Shown here: positions 23,795 through 36,108 of the stretch, piece after piece
Layout: each line of letters starts with the position of its first letter
How positions within the stretch are numbered: position 1 is the stretch's first letter
NCBI RefSeq assembly: GCF_006345805.1
Contig: NC_043014.1
Location: 53,196,001-53,260,000 of the forward strand
Length of the DNA stretch: 64,000 nt
Reading direction: 5' to 3'
Origin: Octopus sinensis
Taxonomy: Eukaryota
The notes under the pieces: generated by a model
Told to the model about the DNA's origin: nothing
Databases searched by the model: none
The model's input: only the letters and a program-made list of their open reading frames with translations
Position numbers and translations under genes: made by a program

Positions 23795-24639
23795 AACTCA
23801 TCCTTTTCTGGCAAATCTAAACATATTTAACAACTTTTGCAAAATCGGTTTTGAAATTCTTTAAAATCAGATAAATGTCCGTTTGCCTCGTCAGAGCCAT
23901 TCTTCTTCCCGAGAGTTCTTCTAATCTTAAAGATTTCATAGATTCGTTGGAAAACACTTTTTGGGGCAGATCAGCTCCGTTGTGAAGGGTTTGTTTGCAG
24001 ATAACGGACCAGAGAAATCTCTTGAATAGCAAATGTATTATTCGGTTGTGTCAAGGTTGTCGTTATAGGAATCACGTGATCATAGCTCTATGCGTTTCTT
24101 CCTTCTTTTGTTTTTATCATTTATTAGTAATTAAATAAGATTCCGCTATCTCTGCGTTTTAACACAAGGAGCCATTTGCAAACAACAGACAATCTTCATT
24201 CTTTTTATCTTTCTCACGCCGCTACCCTCTTCCACCCCCTTTCCCTTCCAGCACTCCCCTTCTCTATTTCAATCCCCAGCCCAAGTAGGCAACAGATTCG
24301 CCCTCCTTGTGGCTGGCAAGGAGATCACTGAGTTAGATTAAACCTTATAATCAAATATGTTCAACTTTGTCGCTGTGAGCTGTTGCCCTTCCAACTGGGT
24401 CACCAGATTACAAAATAACCTGCCTGATCAGGGTTGATATTGTGTAAAAACCCACCAACCCTAGTGAAATCTTATCAATCTGTTTTATTTTGACTGGGTG
24501 AACCTTTTCGGATCGAAAACTCATTGCTGCGATTCATATTTACACCTTAAAGCACAAGAGTGCTTTAAAGACCTAGTCAAGAAGTTAGGTATTGATCCCT
24601 TTCCACACATAATTGATCTTTCTTCCATTTTAGTAGGGG

Positions 24640-25490
24640 TCCTTATGTATAAATTCCAGGCGGTCAGTCTGCCGCCAGCCCCTTCTGAGTGGCAGAGTAG
24701 GGGTCCGTGGCTTTTAATGTGCAGACACGCTCTTAGGCTACGCCACTTGCAACAATTTCTGGACGGTGGGCGTGTGTGGGCTCCGTTTGTGAGGCTCGTC
24801 TTTCTGCACCTCGTCTCCTTGTTGGAGCTGCAGGCCTGGATGAAGAAAAGACCGAGACTGGGCGCCTGGTACCTAGAATGTCGTCAGGTGCTCACAGTCC
24901 TCTACCAGTCGGGCAATGGGATCGGTGGATGTTCCGCTTTAGCAATTTATTCTCGGGGAGACTCTGGGCGTTGGCGAAAACGAAATGATCTGTTCCGGAG
25001 GACTTTCCAGTCGGGAACTATCATGGATGATTTCCAGCTGTCCTTGGTCTAGCAGTGCTGCCGGTGGGCGTTACCAGTTCGAGTTAAACTCTACAGGTAC
25101 GGATGTGCTGTCAGGCAGCCTCGTTCGAGGTGCGCGCAAAGTGACGAAACCGTTCTGCACGCACTCGTTCAGTGTCCTGGCATTGCTGCTGTCACGTCTG
25201 GGACGGTTCCATCTATCGGCCTCGCCACCCTCCTTTGATCGGGCAGGCAGGGAAATTTTCCTTTGCCTGGTGGCTGTGGCGAAAGCGGTTATATTGTGGA
25301 TGAGGCTGAAAGGCATGAGGACAGAAACATTTCTATTTGGTGGAGACCTCATCGACTCTTTTAAGTTGCACTTGAAATGGAAACTGAGGGTGGGAAGCGA
25401 ACTGCTGTAGTCGAGTGAGTTTTTGGAAAGGTGGGAGAAAGTTGCGAAAATGGCAAGAGTGGATGGTACCTTTCTAAGGGTAGATCTGTG
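24640..25490 (+). mobile_element. L1/Tx1-clade LINE ORF2 3' fragment (zf-RVT region)
   Basis: ALPVRVKLYRYGCAVRQPRSRCAQSDETVLHALVQCP (decayed CxxC...ETxxH....C). Several frameshifts. GC-richer than flanks. Confidence 0.75.
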
Positions 25491-26682
25491 AGTCGGAGAA
25501 AGGGAATTAAAGAGGGCACTTTCCCTTGGTGTTCAGGGAGATCTTGAATGATGGGGTTCCTCGACTATCCCTAGACGTTCTATCAGAGGGACTACATCCC
25601 TATCACCCCATTTTTTTTTACCTTTGTATACATTTCCCTTCCTTTTCATTGAATACTGCATTTTGTCCGTCTTTACGTTCTGAGTTCAAATTCCACCGAG
25701 GTAGATTTTGCCTTTCGTTCTTTCGGGGGTCGATGAAATAAGTACCAATTGAGCATTGGGAGTCGATGTAATCGACTAACTCCCCCCCCCACATCCCGTG
25801 TCACCTAAATTGCTGGCTTTGTGCCTAAAGCAGAAAGGATTTATTACTGTTGTTGTTTAATCCCCGCTCAGCCCTGGTCCAGCAGATCGATGATCAAGGA
25901 CCCTCTAGCAGTGAATATTTCGCCTACATCATCTGACGTGTCCTTCCTTTGTAACACGGTATGATGTGATTGAAAGGAGGTTTGGCTGCTACTCATAGCA
26001 ACACGAATCGATAGAGGAAGCACTATCTAAAAATTCTTTGAGGAATTTCTCTCCAAAGTAGTCTTGTCTTCGATTAAAATCCTATTACGACACCATATTT
26101 ACATCTCGTCTGCTTTATGGAAATATTTTAGGAATCTTTGGCATTTCACTGCTGCATTATTTCAACGATGTTTTTCACTGAAAACATGAGAGACGAAGTC
26201 GATCCGAGCAAGGTTTGAACACAGGACGTGGAGAACCGCAACTAGATGCCACAGCTACTTTGTCGATAATTCTACCAAATCGACGAGAGAGCCACTACGT
26301 GGTCACTCCACCGGCTAGAAACAGCGACTAAACCTCTTTCCAATTGCACCTAAGGAATGGCACATTGGATAAGGGGATTCAGGATGCACTGTGTCTAGAG
26401 AAAGGGCCGAGATAGTCATGGGTGGAATGCATTTGATCAATAGGTGTACCCAATCAGGGGGTGGGCAACCTAGGATCAAATAATGTCAGGTGGGAATAAT
26501 ATTTGTAAATTCTGTATTTTCTTCTTTTTCTCTAGAAAAGATGCTGCGCGGCTGAAAAGACTTTGAGACCAACTTGATTCAAATGAAACTGCAGAGAGCA
26601 GCAGATCCTTATAACTGCATGGAAGAGTAACCAGGAAATAAGAAAGTCCGGTCAAAACACGAGTTCTCCCTGCAAGGAAGCA

Positions 26683-29052
26683 ATGTTGCCATCTTATTTG
26701 CCAGATTTCGATTCACAAGAATCCCAACACCTGCCTCCATATTTGAACAGATGCAACATGTTAAATGGCCGTAAACTGTCTTTTCCAGAATCAATGGAAC
26801 AGCATGATGTTTCCAAACGATTCGCACCACAGCAATTTGAAATGAAACGTGAAAACGTTAACAGACGGACAAGAAATATGCCATATTTCCACGACGACGA
26901 CGTCGATCGAACTCTCCTTCTGACTTATGATGGCGGCAGGCTTATGCGGCCGCAGTCTTTTCATGAAATACCGGGCAGTTGCACGGAGAATAAAATGAAC
27001 AATCAGATAAATTTCTGCAGTAAAAGAAGAAGCCATGCGGAACCTTTAGAAAGCTCTCTAATGACAGAAGACAACAAGGATCTCGCCGACAATTCTCTTG
27101 CGTTAATCCGAGTCCCGAGACATGATGGAGAAATTTCTTTACGACAACAGACGCCATTGCACTCGGACATACTTCACTCTCAAAAAAATTATCCACAACA
27201 GTCGAACTTTCCGTTTGTTCCTCGCAAACCGTTTTTAAACCCATATTTAAACCCTCATTTACAAAGATATAACAATTTTCATAAATATACGCCAAATCGA
27301 CCTCCTTTTTCAACTGGGTTCCCGAATTTTATTAATAACCCTTTCAGACAAAATTGCCCACCTTTTCGAATGAACCCGTCTGGTTGTAACTGTTATGCGC
27401 AGCCGACACGATTCCCAACGCAAGAATATTGTCGATTCCCTGCACACCGAATGAAATTATCGAATCCAACACGAGATTATGAGTGGGATTTCATTAATGA
27501 TGCTGACGATGACCATTACCAATGGAACCAGAATGACGTGGACCCACGGACACATTTTGAATTCTCCAACTATCAAAGGAGGAAGCATCAGAATAATTTT
27601 GGTTTAGGTCAGCCCATTTATTGCCATGACGCAATCAGCCTCCAAGAGATCTCGGCGGATCCTTATAGATCTCACTTTAATAACGAAACAGATATCGATG
27701 AAATTGAAGAAGAATATTTTACTTACTTGCAGAAAACAATTCCCAATTTCAACGTTCTGCCCAAAAAATCCAATCTTAAAATAACATCCTTGATACCGGA
27801 GAAGGAAGAGAAGTCTTTGGCGAATTCCACTTTTGCGTCATCGAACCGAACAAGAAATAACTTTGGCGACCCCCAACAGACTGCTCGGTCTTTGATGCTC
27901 ATGCGTCTTCTCAAGGTTCTTGAAGAAAATATAGACATGTCGAATTACTCAATGGACTTCCAAGAAAATTACGTTGACAGCCATGGCAGGCTAGTCGATC
28001 CATTTCAGACGTATATAACGGATTTAGAACAGAATAAACTAAAATCTCAAAGAGACGAAGCATTTGTTCAAGAAACCTTTTCGTCTCGCCCACCTGTCGT
28101 GGTTTTACGCAATCGCCGGAGTGACGTCATAACCCTTGATGAAGGTGTCACTCTTCAAAGTTCAGCGAAGTATATGGAGAAACCGAAAAACGATTACGGA
28201 AAGAGCATCAAGCTAAATAACGCATCTCTGCATGATTATCTCAACAGGTCTTTGGACGTTCCTGTCAGGCATCAACAAGCACACCAGACACAACAACAAC
28301 AACGAGAAGAACAAGAAAAACATCCTATTCTTCAATCACATCCCGAAGTAATAGTTGAGACAATAAGAAGGGAAAGGAGTGTTCGAGAAGATTTTAGTCA
28401 GCCGCCATCTTTCCCTGTCCCCGGAGTACACGAGAGATTGTTTAAAACATCGGTTGAACAACCAATTGATATGGGAACTCCATGGGAAAAAGAAAGAGAA
28501 TTTCAAAGATATAACATGTTTAAACCCCAATTTGTTCCCGAAACTAGAATTTACTCTAATGCCGCTCAAATTCCGCTTAGTCACGACATCTTTGATGGCG
28601 AAACTGGCAAAAGAGATGTGATAAATATATCACAACAACGTTTGATCAGAAAGAATGGCGATCCAAATGAAATTCCATACGAAACTATGGCGGAGTATTT
28701 CCAATCGTCTGCCGCTGATATTAACCCACGTGTAAGTACGAAATACGTCTTTTTGAAAGACCCAAATTCAGAAGGAATCCAAGAAGATATTTTAAACAAA
28801 CTGAAATGTCAAAGCAAATTGCGATCATTCGATGAGAAACCTTTTGTAACAGAAGCCCCGGATGAAAGCGATCCAGAGAATGAAGTTCCAGATCGTGAAA
28901 GCGAGTTTCTTGGTCGCCAGTCGTTCATGGCACTGAAACAACGATTCGAAACAGAAAAACATGTCCAGTTCGTTGATGAAGATAACAATGGTTCTTTTAA
29001 GAATTACCCTTATTTCAAGAGCCGCGTCGATAGCAATGACTATTCCTACTAG
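26683..29052 (+). CDS. Uncharacterised 789-aa protein in one uninterrupted ORF, probably largely disordered
   Basis: 2370-nt stop-free frame in AT-rich DNA, not microsatellite-derived, no transposon motifs recognised. In-frame stop upstream at 26584; strong acceptor ttttcttctttttctctag at 26535; AATAAA hexamers downstream (about 29254, 29343). Confidence 0.85.
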   Translation: MLPSYLPDFDSQESQHLPPYLNRCNMLNGRKLSFPESMEQHDVSKRFAPQQFEMKRENVNRRTRNMPYFHDDDVDRTLLLTYDGGRLMRPQSFHEIPGSCTENKMNNQINFCSKRRSHAEPLESSLMTEDNKDLADNSLALIRVPRHDGEISLRQQTPLHSDILHSQKNYPQQSNFPFVPRKPFLNPYLNPHLQRYNNFHKYTPNRPPFSTGFPNFINNPFRQNCPPFRMNPSGCNCYAQPTRFPTQEYCRFPAHRMKLSNPTRDYEWDFINDADDDHYQWNQNDVDPRTHFEFSNYQRRKHQNNFGLGQPIYCHDAISLQEISADPYRSHFNNETDIDEIEEEYFTYLQKTIPNFNVLPKKSNLKITSLIPEKEEKSLANSTFASSNRTRNNFGDPQQTARSLMLMRLLKVLEENIDMSNYSMDFQENYVDSHGRLVDPFQTYITDLEQNKLKSQRDEAFVQETFSSRPPVVVLRNRRSDVITLDEGVTLQSSAKYMEKPKNDYGKSIKLNNASLHDYLNRSLDVPVRHQQAHQTQQQQREEQEKHPILQSHPEVIVETIRRERSVREDFSQPPSFPVPGVHERLFKTSVEQPIDMGTPWEKEREFQRYNMFKPQFVPETRIYSNAAQIPLSHDIFDGETGKRDVINISQQRLIRKNGDPNEIPYETMAEYFQSSAADINPRVSTKYVFLKDPNSEGIQEDILNKLKCQSKLRSFDEKPFVTEAPDESDPENEVPDRESEFLGRQSFMALKQRFETEKHVQFVDEDNNGSFKNYPYFKSRVDSNDYSY

Positions 29053-29580
29053 ATGACGCGTATCGAAGCAATAGCAAACCAAAAATATTGATTTTTGGCG
29101 ATAAAAAGACAGAAAAATAATATATTATAAATTCTATTTATACATTCAATTGAAGTTATCAGAGAACGACGGTATATAGTTTCGGCATATAATACCCTGA
29201 GTTCAAATCCAGCCGAAACCATCTTTTACGTTTCAACTTTCTAGAATCGATAAAATAAATTACAAATCAATTAATGGAGGTCGATATAATATACAAATTC
29301 GTGGCTTCGTATTTATGTTAGAAAATCAATATTTACACTGCAAATAAAATAAATAACCAGCTAAATTTGTTTGGAAAGAAATGTCGGGCGTAACGTTTCG
29401 TAATCGACTGCTTTTGATAGAAAATGCCAAGGATGTCGATGTAACGAACGAAGTGAGTTTGGTCATGAGAAACCTTTGGCTCTGATGGGCGAATTTAATT
29501 AATCGGTAATTGGATGAATAAGGTAAAAGTCATTAATCTTGCTTGTAGAAATAGAGAACATTGAAACATTGAAGATTACT

Positions 29581-29644
<64 letters not shown>

Positions 29645-29825
29645 AATGTCTGTTTTTAAGTTGTGTTACGAGAGAAACAATTTCACATTAATCTGATGAG
29701 TCACATCTGTACTTTTGTAGAACACAAATTTATTATTCCTTAACAAGAATATTATAGATAGTGACTTCGAAGTCACAGTCAATAACATTCTTCCTTAAGA
29801 ATACTATATATATATATATATATAT

Positions 29826-30124
29826 CACGTGATCACGTGACCGACCAGCCCATCAGATGTTGTTACACATCGCTGGTCACAATGCGTTTTGCATTGTTTT
29901 AGCCTTCGAATGACGCCACCCCGCTGGCTAAGCGAGCAGGCCAACAGAAGAGAAAGAGTGGTGAAAGAGTACAGCAGGGATCGCCACCCCCTGCCGGAGC
30001 ATCGTGGAGCTTTAGGGGGTTTTCGCTCAATAAACACTCACAACGCCCGGTCTGGAAATCGAAACCGCAATCATACAACCGCGAGTCCGCCGCTGCCCTA
30101 ACCACTGGGCCATTGCGCCTCCAC
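29826..30124 (-). mobile_element. tRNA-derived SINE, left arm of a head-to-head inverted pair
   Basis: Minus strand GGCGCAATGGCCCAGTGGTTAGGGCAGCGG..CGGTTTCGATTTCCAGACC (A box TGGCCCAGTGG, B box GGTTTCGATTTCC). Confidence 0.85.
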
Positions 30125-30135
30125 ACTATATATAT

Positions 30136-30402
30136 AGTGGTTAGGGCCGCGGACTCGCGGTTTCGATTCCTAGACCGGGCGTTGTGTGTGTTTATTGAGC
30201 GAAAACACCTAAAGCTCCACGAAGCTCCGGCAGGGGGTGGTGGCGGTCCCTGCTGTATTCTTTCGCCACAACTTTCTCTCACTCTTTCTTCTGTTGGCCT
30301 GCTCGCTTAGCCAGCAGGGTGGCGTCATTTGATGGCTAAAACAATGCGAAGTGCATTGTGACCAGCGATGTGTAACTACATCTGATAGCCTGGTCGGTCA
30401 TG
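30136..30402 (+). mobile_element. Same SINE family, right arm of the inverted pair (slightly 5'-truncated)
   Basis: AGTGGTTAGGGCCGCGGACTCGCGGTTTCGATTCCTAGACCGGGCGTTG...CTGGTCGGTCA is the reverse complement of the left arm with scattered mismatches. Confidence 0.85.
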
Positions 30403-30419
30403 GTGGTAGTGGTGGTGGT

Positions 30420-30453
<34 letters not shown>

Positions 30454-30756
30454 TACACAAGTGTAGAAGGTGCCATAAAGAAAATGTCCTTGTTCCTGCC
30501 TTGGTTCATTAAAACAGTTTTTGGATTTGTAGCCGTCTTTTATGTCTTTTATGTCTTTTATGTCTTTTGTGTCTTTATTGCTTCTGACTTTTGATGAAAC
30601 TATTTTGAAAGTCAATTAAAGAAAAACAAAACCAGCTCCAAATATTGATTCATTTTTGTTTTTACTGGATTTTATTTATGTTCTACACCACCAGTATATA
30701 TACCCGCAAATATATGTCTACAGGTGCACATGTATATATATGTATATATGTACATG

Positions 30757-30819
<63 letters not shown>

Positions 30820-30826
30820 ACAAATA

Positions 30827-32102
30827 TCAGGTCATCCTATAAGTTTTGTCCGAATTTTGAATAAAGAAAATAAGTGATCAAATGTTATATTTAATTGAAA
30901 TTTAATCATCGATGTACTTTCCCTGATTATCTATGACTTCCTTCCATCTATTTACAAGCTTTTTAATCCCATCAATATAAAACTATTTTGGTTTCAAAGC
31001 GAAGAACTCTGAAATGTCAGTTTCGACCTCCTTCTGGCTTGCGAAAGTTATGTCACCCAAATGATTCTGTAAACTACGAAACAAATGGTAGTCTGAAGGA
31101 GCACGGTTGGGAAAATAAGGTGGATGAGGAATTTCTTCCCAACCAAACTCTTCGATCTTCTGTCATGTGATCTTTGCAGTGTGTGGTTGCACATTGTCCT
31201 GATAAAACGTCACTCCTTTTCGATTCACTAAAGCGGGTCTTTTTTTCTTCAAAGCTTGCTTCAAACTCTCTAATTACTGACAGTAGACTTGAGCATTGAT
31301 TGTTGTATTAGGTGGTAACAATTCAAAGTGAATTACTCCTTTGCAGTCTCACCAGATAGAGAGTAGAACCTTTTTTCCATGAAGTTCGCTTCTCGATTTT
31401 GGTTGAGCTTTTTCTCTTTTACCAAGCCACTGTTTACGACGTTTAACATTTCGATAGAAGATCCATTTTTCGTCATCAGTCACAAGTCTATCCAAAAAGG
31501 GTGAAATGAGTTCACAAGACTGGAGAGAAGAGCAGATGTCAACTCGGGATTTGCACTTGTTTTCGGACAATTCACGAGGCACATATTTTCCAAGTTTAGG
31601 AACCTTTCCAAGTTGAAGATGAAGATAAACAATTGTATGGTTTGAATTAAGCTTTATTGCCAATTCTTCAACTAATAACGCAGGATTTTCTTCAAGTAAT
31701 GCCTCAAGGAGTTTATCATCAAACTCAACTGGAAGTCCTGTTCGATCTTCATCTTCATGGCTGAAATCTCCACTCCTGAATTTTGCAAACCATCTTCTGC
31801 AAGTTCTTTCATTCAAGTATTCTTTCCCATAAACTGAGTGTATGTTTCGAGTCGCTTCGGCTGCAGAGTTTCTTTTTTTGTACTCATAAAGCATTATGTG
31901 CCTCAAATGCTATTTGGATACTTCCATGTTAGAAAGGGTTTTAATCAAAGAAATTATTCTGTAAAATAATATTTAATTAGTTTAAATGTACACAAATGCA
32001 TAAAAATAATTTTTAATTCCACTAAGCATTCTAAAATACTATTAAATTTCATTCAATTTTAAAAAAAAGGTAAAATCGGACGGAACTTATGGGATGACCT
32101 GA
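30827..32102 (-). mobile_element. Mariner transposon (1276 bp) with TIRs; transposase pseudogene
   Basis: TIR TCAGGTCATCC(T/C)ATAAGTT..GTCCGA at both ends; TA at 30825-26 and 32103-04. ATG 31927 MEVSK*HLRHIML; ORF 31349-31906 with WFAKFRSGD, KYVPREL, VTDDEKW; C-terminal HPPYFPNRAPSDYHLF (YSPDL decayed). Confidence 0.95.
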
Positions 32103-32742
32103 TAAAAGCAATAACAACGAAAATAACAATATGATTATAACCCTGTACTGCTTGATGACTTTATCCCGGATTCAGGAAGTCCATTCATTGGATGAAGCTG
32201 ACCAATCAGAAACCTTACAATAATCTCCTCCAATAATTATCTCTTTAATAAAACAAAACAAAATACACCTTGTTGAACTGATACAAGAGGTTGTTGTTGT
32301 TGTTGTGGCTGTAGTGGTTGTTTAGCCTTAAGGGAGTCTGATTGGCCCCACACCTCCCATCAAAGACGATGGGCTCCAACCTTTTTGCAGCCCGGACCAA
32401 TTTCATGCGGACTTTTAAGCTAGCTCCTGCAGAGGGCTAATTGGGCCCGTGGCCCCAAACTAAAGAGTGCAACAATAATACAACATTTATTGTTCCCTTA
32501 CCATTTCAGATTTATATTACAGAAGATCACATTTGGAGAATTTTGAATCCATGTGACATTTGGAGATCAGTGTAAAGCGGCCGGGCAAACAACAGTCTTG
32601 GTTTATCATTTGGTTTGAGTATGAAGACACTATTGCCATTTCCAAACACTGAGACAACCAGCATAGAGCTGACCCTGGGGCTGACCCTGCCACAAAGGCC
32701 AACAGTTTTCAGTGATTGTCTTTGACTCATGTGAATTGACAA

Positions 32743-33226
32743 CCCCGGCGTTGCCCGGATGTTACAACCACATTGTATTATTTGTTCCTTTCTTATGGAC
32801 CGATTTGACACATGAGGAGTATGAAGTAAACAGCCCTTCTTTATAAACATCTTTTTCGGTCATTTTTTGATGAACAAAGCTGCAGTTTCCGTCTACCAAA
32901 TTCAGTGACAAGTCTGTGGTTGGCCTAGGGCTATAATAGAAAACACTTGCCCAAGGTACCATGCAGAGGGACTGAACGTGCAACCATGTGGTTGGGAAAC
33001 AAACTTCTCAACCACATTCTTGCACCTAATACATGTGTGTGAGTGCGTGGTGTGTGTGTGTGTGTGTGTGTGCGTGTGTGTGTGTGTGTGCGTGTGTGTG
33101 CGTGTGTGTGTGTGCGTGCGTGTGTGTGTGTGAGTGCGTGTGTGGTGTGTGTGTGTGTGCGTGTGTGTGCGTGTGTGTGTGTGCGTGCGTGTGTGTGTGT
33201 GAGTGCGTGTGTGTGTGGTGCGTGTG

Positions 33227-33289
<63 letters not shown>

Positions 33290-34716
33290 TGCGTGTGTGA
33301 GTGCGTGTGTGTGTGCGTGTGTGTGTGTGTGCGTGTGTGTGAGTGCGTGTGTGTGTGCGTGTGTGTGTGTGTGAGTGCGTGTGTGAGTGCGTGTGTGTGT
33401 GCGTGTGTGTGTGTGTGTGAGTGCGTGTGTGTGTGCGCGTGTGTGTGTGTGTGCGTGTGTGTGTGCGTGTGTGTGTGTGTGCGTGTGTGTGAGTGCGTGT
33501 GGTGTGTGCGTGTGTGTGTGTGTGTGTGTGTGCGTGTGTGTGTGCGTGTGTGTGTGAGTGCGTGTGTGAGTGCGTGTGTGTGTGCGTGTGTGTGTGTGTG
33601 TGCGTGTGTGTGAGTGCGTGTGTGTGTGCGTGTGTGTGTGTGTGCGTGTGTGTGTGTGCGTGTGTGTGCGTGCGTGCGTGCGTGTGTGTGTGTGTGTGTG
33701 CGTGTGTGTGTGTGTGCGTGTACATTTGTTGTCAAATCGAGTATTGTGTCCCGCTATGTCACAAAGTTCCCCAAGCAGAGTTCTATAGAATAAATACCAG
33801 ACTGAAATACGTAATGAGGTCAATATGATCCATTAATTTTTTGCAGGTGATACCCCCATCATGGTGACAGTCGAAAGACTAAACCCAGGAAAATAATGTT
33901 TAAAGACTTAATGGCTTCGTATTTAAGGCAATGGATTACTAACCACCAGATAATGAGTTCAAAACTCTGTACTGAACTGCTGCACTCTAAACGATAACAG
34001 TATAGGTACATCTCAGTCCGCTTGACTTGCAACAATTAACAGTTGTGATTTGAAGTTGAATGGTTGGCAGTAAGAAAGATGTCCAGATTTCTTTAAAATG
34101 ATTCTGCGAAATATTCTGAGAAAAAGTATTTCTTTCACCGCAACAACAAAACACACACACACACAGAGGTGTCTCTGTCGTAACTTGAGCTAAATCTCTC
34201 TTAAGACGCAACCTTTCATTAAAAGAAAGACACAAATTTACAGTATTTCGGGAAGAAAAAATGTATGCGATGGGACTGCTACGTCAGAAGTAACTCTGGA
34301 TCAGGGCTAAACAAAACACAGACAAATATTCTTCACATTAAAAGATTATCTACTAAATAATACTAATAAAGTTGACGGTATATCTTCGAAGTTTCATTCT
34401 CTGATAAAACTCCATGTATTTTAAACATTTTCTCATTATACTCTAATATATAAAAATTGTTCAGGCAAAGTCGAACCCCGTAGCTAAAAACCTCAAAATT
34501 GTGCGACCCGACCTTAGTTTCGAGGTTATTTTGTAGTTAAAAAGAGTTGTTGTGCAAAAAACATACTTTATTTGGTAGCCGAAAGATTATGGAATCTTTT
34601 GATACCTGATACGTCAAAATCGGTAACTCAGTTTTCGAATCCATAAGAAACATACGCACACACAGGCGCCCGTGCACACACACACTCATACACAAACTCT
34701 GTTTTATAAATTAAGA
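32743..34716 (-). mobile_element. Non-autonomous Helitron apparently enclosing composite cargo (copy B of the inverted duplication)
   Basis: 5' end A|TCTTAATTTATAAAACAGAGTTTGTG at 34716 with internal ACCGATTTTGA. 3' hairpin TCCGGGCAACGCCGGGG at 32759-32743, preceded by the same AATAATACAATGTGGTTGTA as copy A. Terminal CTAG missing. Confidence 0.6.
33033..33722. repeat. About 690-bp (GT)n compound microsatellite with GC/GA interruptions
   Basis: Direct reading. His/Thr and Cys/Val ORFs here are artefacts. Confidence 0.97.
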
Positions 34717-34870
34717 TGTATGTATTTAAGTATGTATGCATGTATGCATATATATTTGTGTGTGTGCTTGCGTGCATGTATGTATGTGCATATATATATA
34801 TATGTATTTATAAAATAAGGATATAATCAAAATATGGTTATATCAATGGCCTAGCGCATAACAGTGACCG

Positions 34871-34912
<42 letters not shown>

Positions 34913-36012
34913 TAATATAGCAAGTGTATTCCAGAGGTTTTGAGACTTTTTCAGGGGTGGGGGACATATTAATTTCCCAAAAGTCCCAAACTCTTACTTT
35001 CCTTCAAAGCAAGATCCCCTGGTTTCGACGCATTTCTTGCAGGGCTTCGTTCACTTTGTGAAGATCCCAGAGAAGTCTTCCAAAGTGAACGTGGCCATGA
35101 TCCCTGTCACAGCCTCCTCATGTTTTCCTTCAACTTGGTGGAACAGGGACCAAGGTCTGGGCTGTGGCCATGCTAGGGCACTATCTTGAAGAATTTTAGC
35201 CGAAGGGATCGACCCCAACCCTTGTTTTATTGTTTTAAAACCCTTGTTCTAAACCTATCGATCTCTTTTGCTGACCTGACCCTCACCAACACATATAAAT
35301 ACGTATATGATGCCAAAACACTTTGCTAATAGACTTAAAATATTTTTTCTTTTTATGCGGTCTGGTTGTTAGGGAAACCTAACCTAAGACATTCCATCCG
35401 TGACTCTCCCATTTTTCTTGAACAATAGGAAACCTAGGATTGCGTTATTTAACGGATTCTATTTATTTTAAAGAGGAAAAGGTGTGATTTGAGGGATATT
35501 CATTTGCTATTTCTAGCAGGTTCGGGTGCACACATAGTGGCTTCCTCGTTGGTTCGTGTAATCAAGGTAGAGTGGTATAATAGTGTTTGTGTGTGTATGT
35601 GTGCGTGTGTGTGTGTGTTGGTGTAGGTCTGGAGGTGAATGGGTGGACACTTAAAGTGTGAAGGGGATAGGGGTTATCTTTGCAGTGGGTGTAAGGGTGG
35701 GGAGGCGCGAGATATCAGCGGGTGGTTCTATGTGTGTGTGTGTGTGTAGTGTGAGGAGGGGTGGTGGTAAGATAACGGGGTGGTGGAGTCGGTGAGCGAG
35801 ATAGTTGGGGAGGGGTGAGAGGAGGAGGAGGAGGTGTGTGAGGCTGAAGATGTAAACAAACATAAAAGTCTCATGGGAAAAGTAAACAGACAAAAACAAA
35901 AAATATCTACTGTTGTTGTTGTTGCTGTTAAGCAGCATGTCAATTCTGATCGGGCAATTTGCTGGAAAATGCACCATGAACCTGTTCGTAGAGTTTATTT
36001 CAAATGCAGAAT

Positions 36013-36108
<96 letters not shown>

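Noticed and set aside
30060-30125. tRNA-like sequences with A and B boxes (also 23161, 58761, 54687)
   Set aside because: They continue into SINE bodies and do not fold into complete cloverleaves; these are SINE heads, not tRNA genes.
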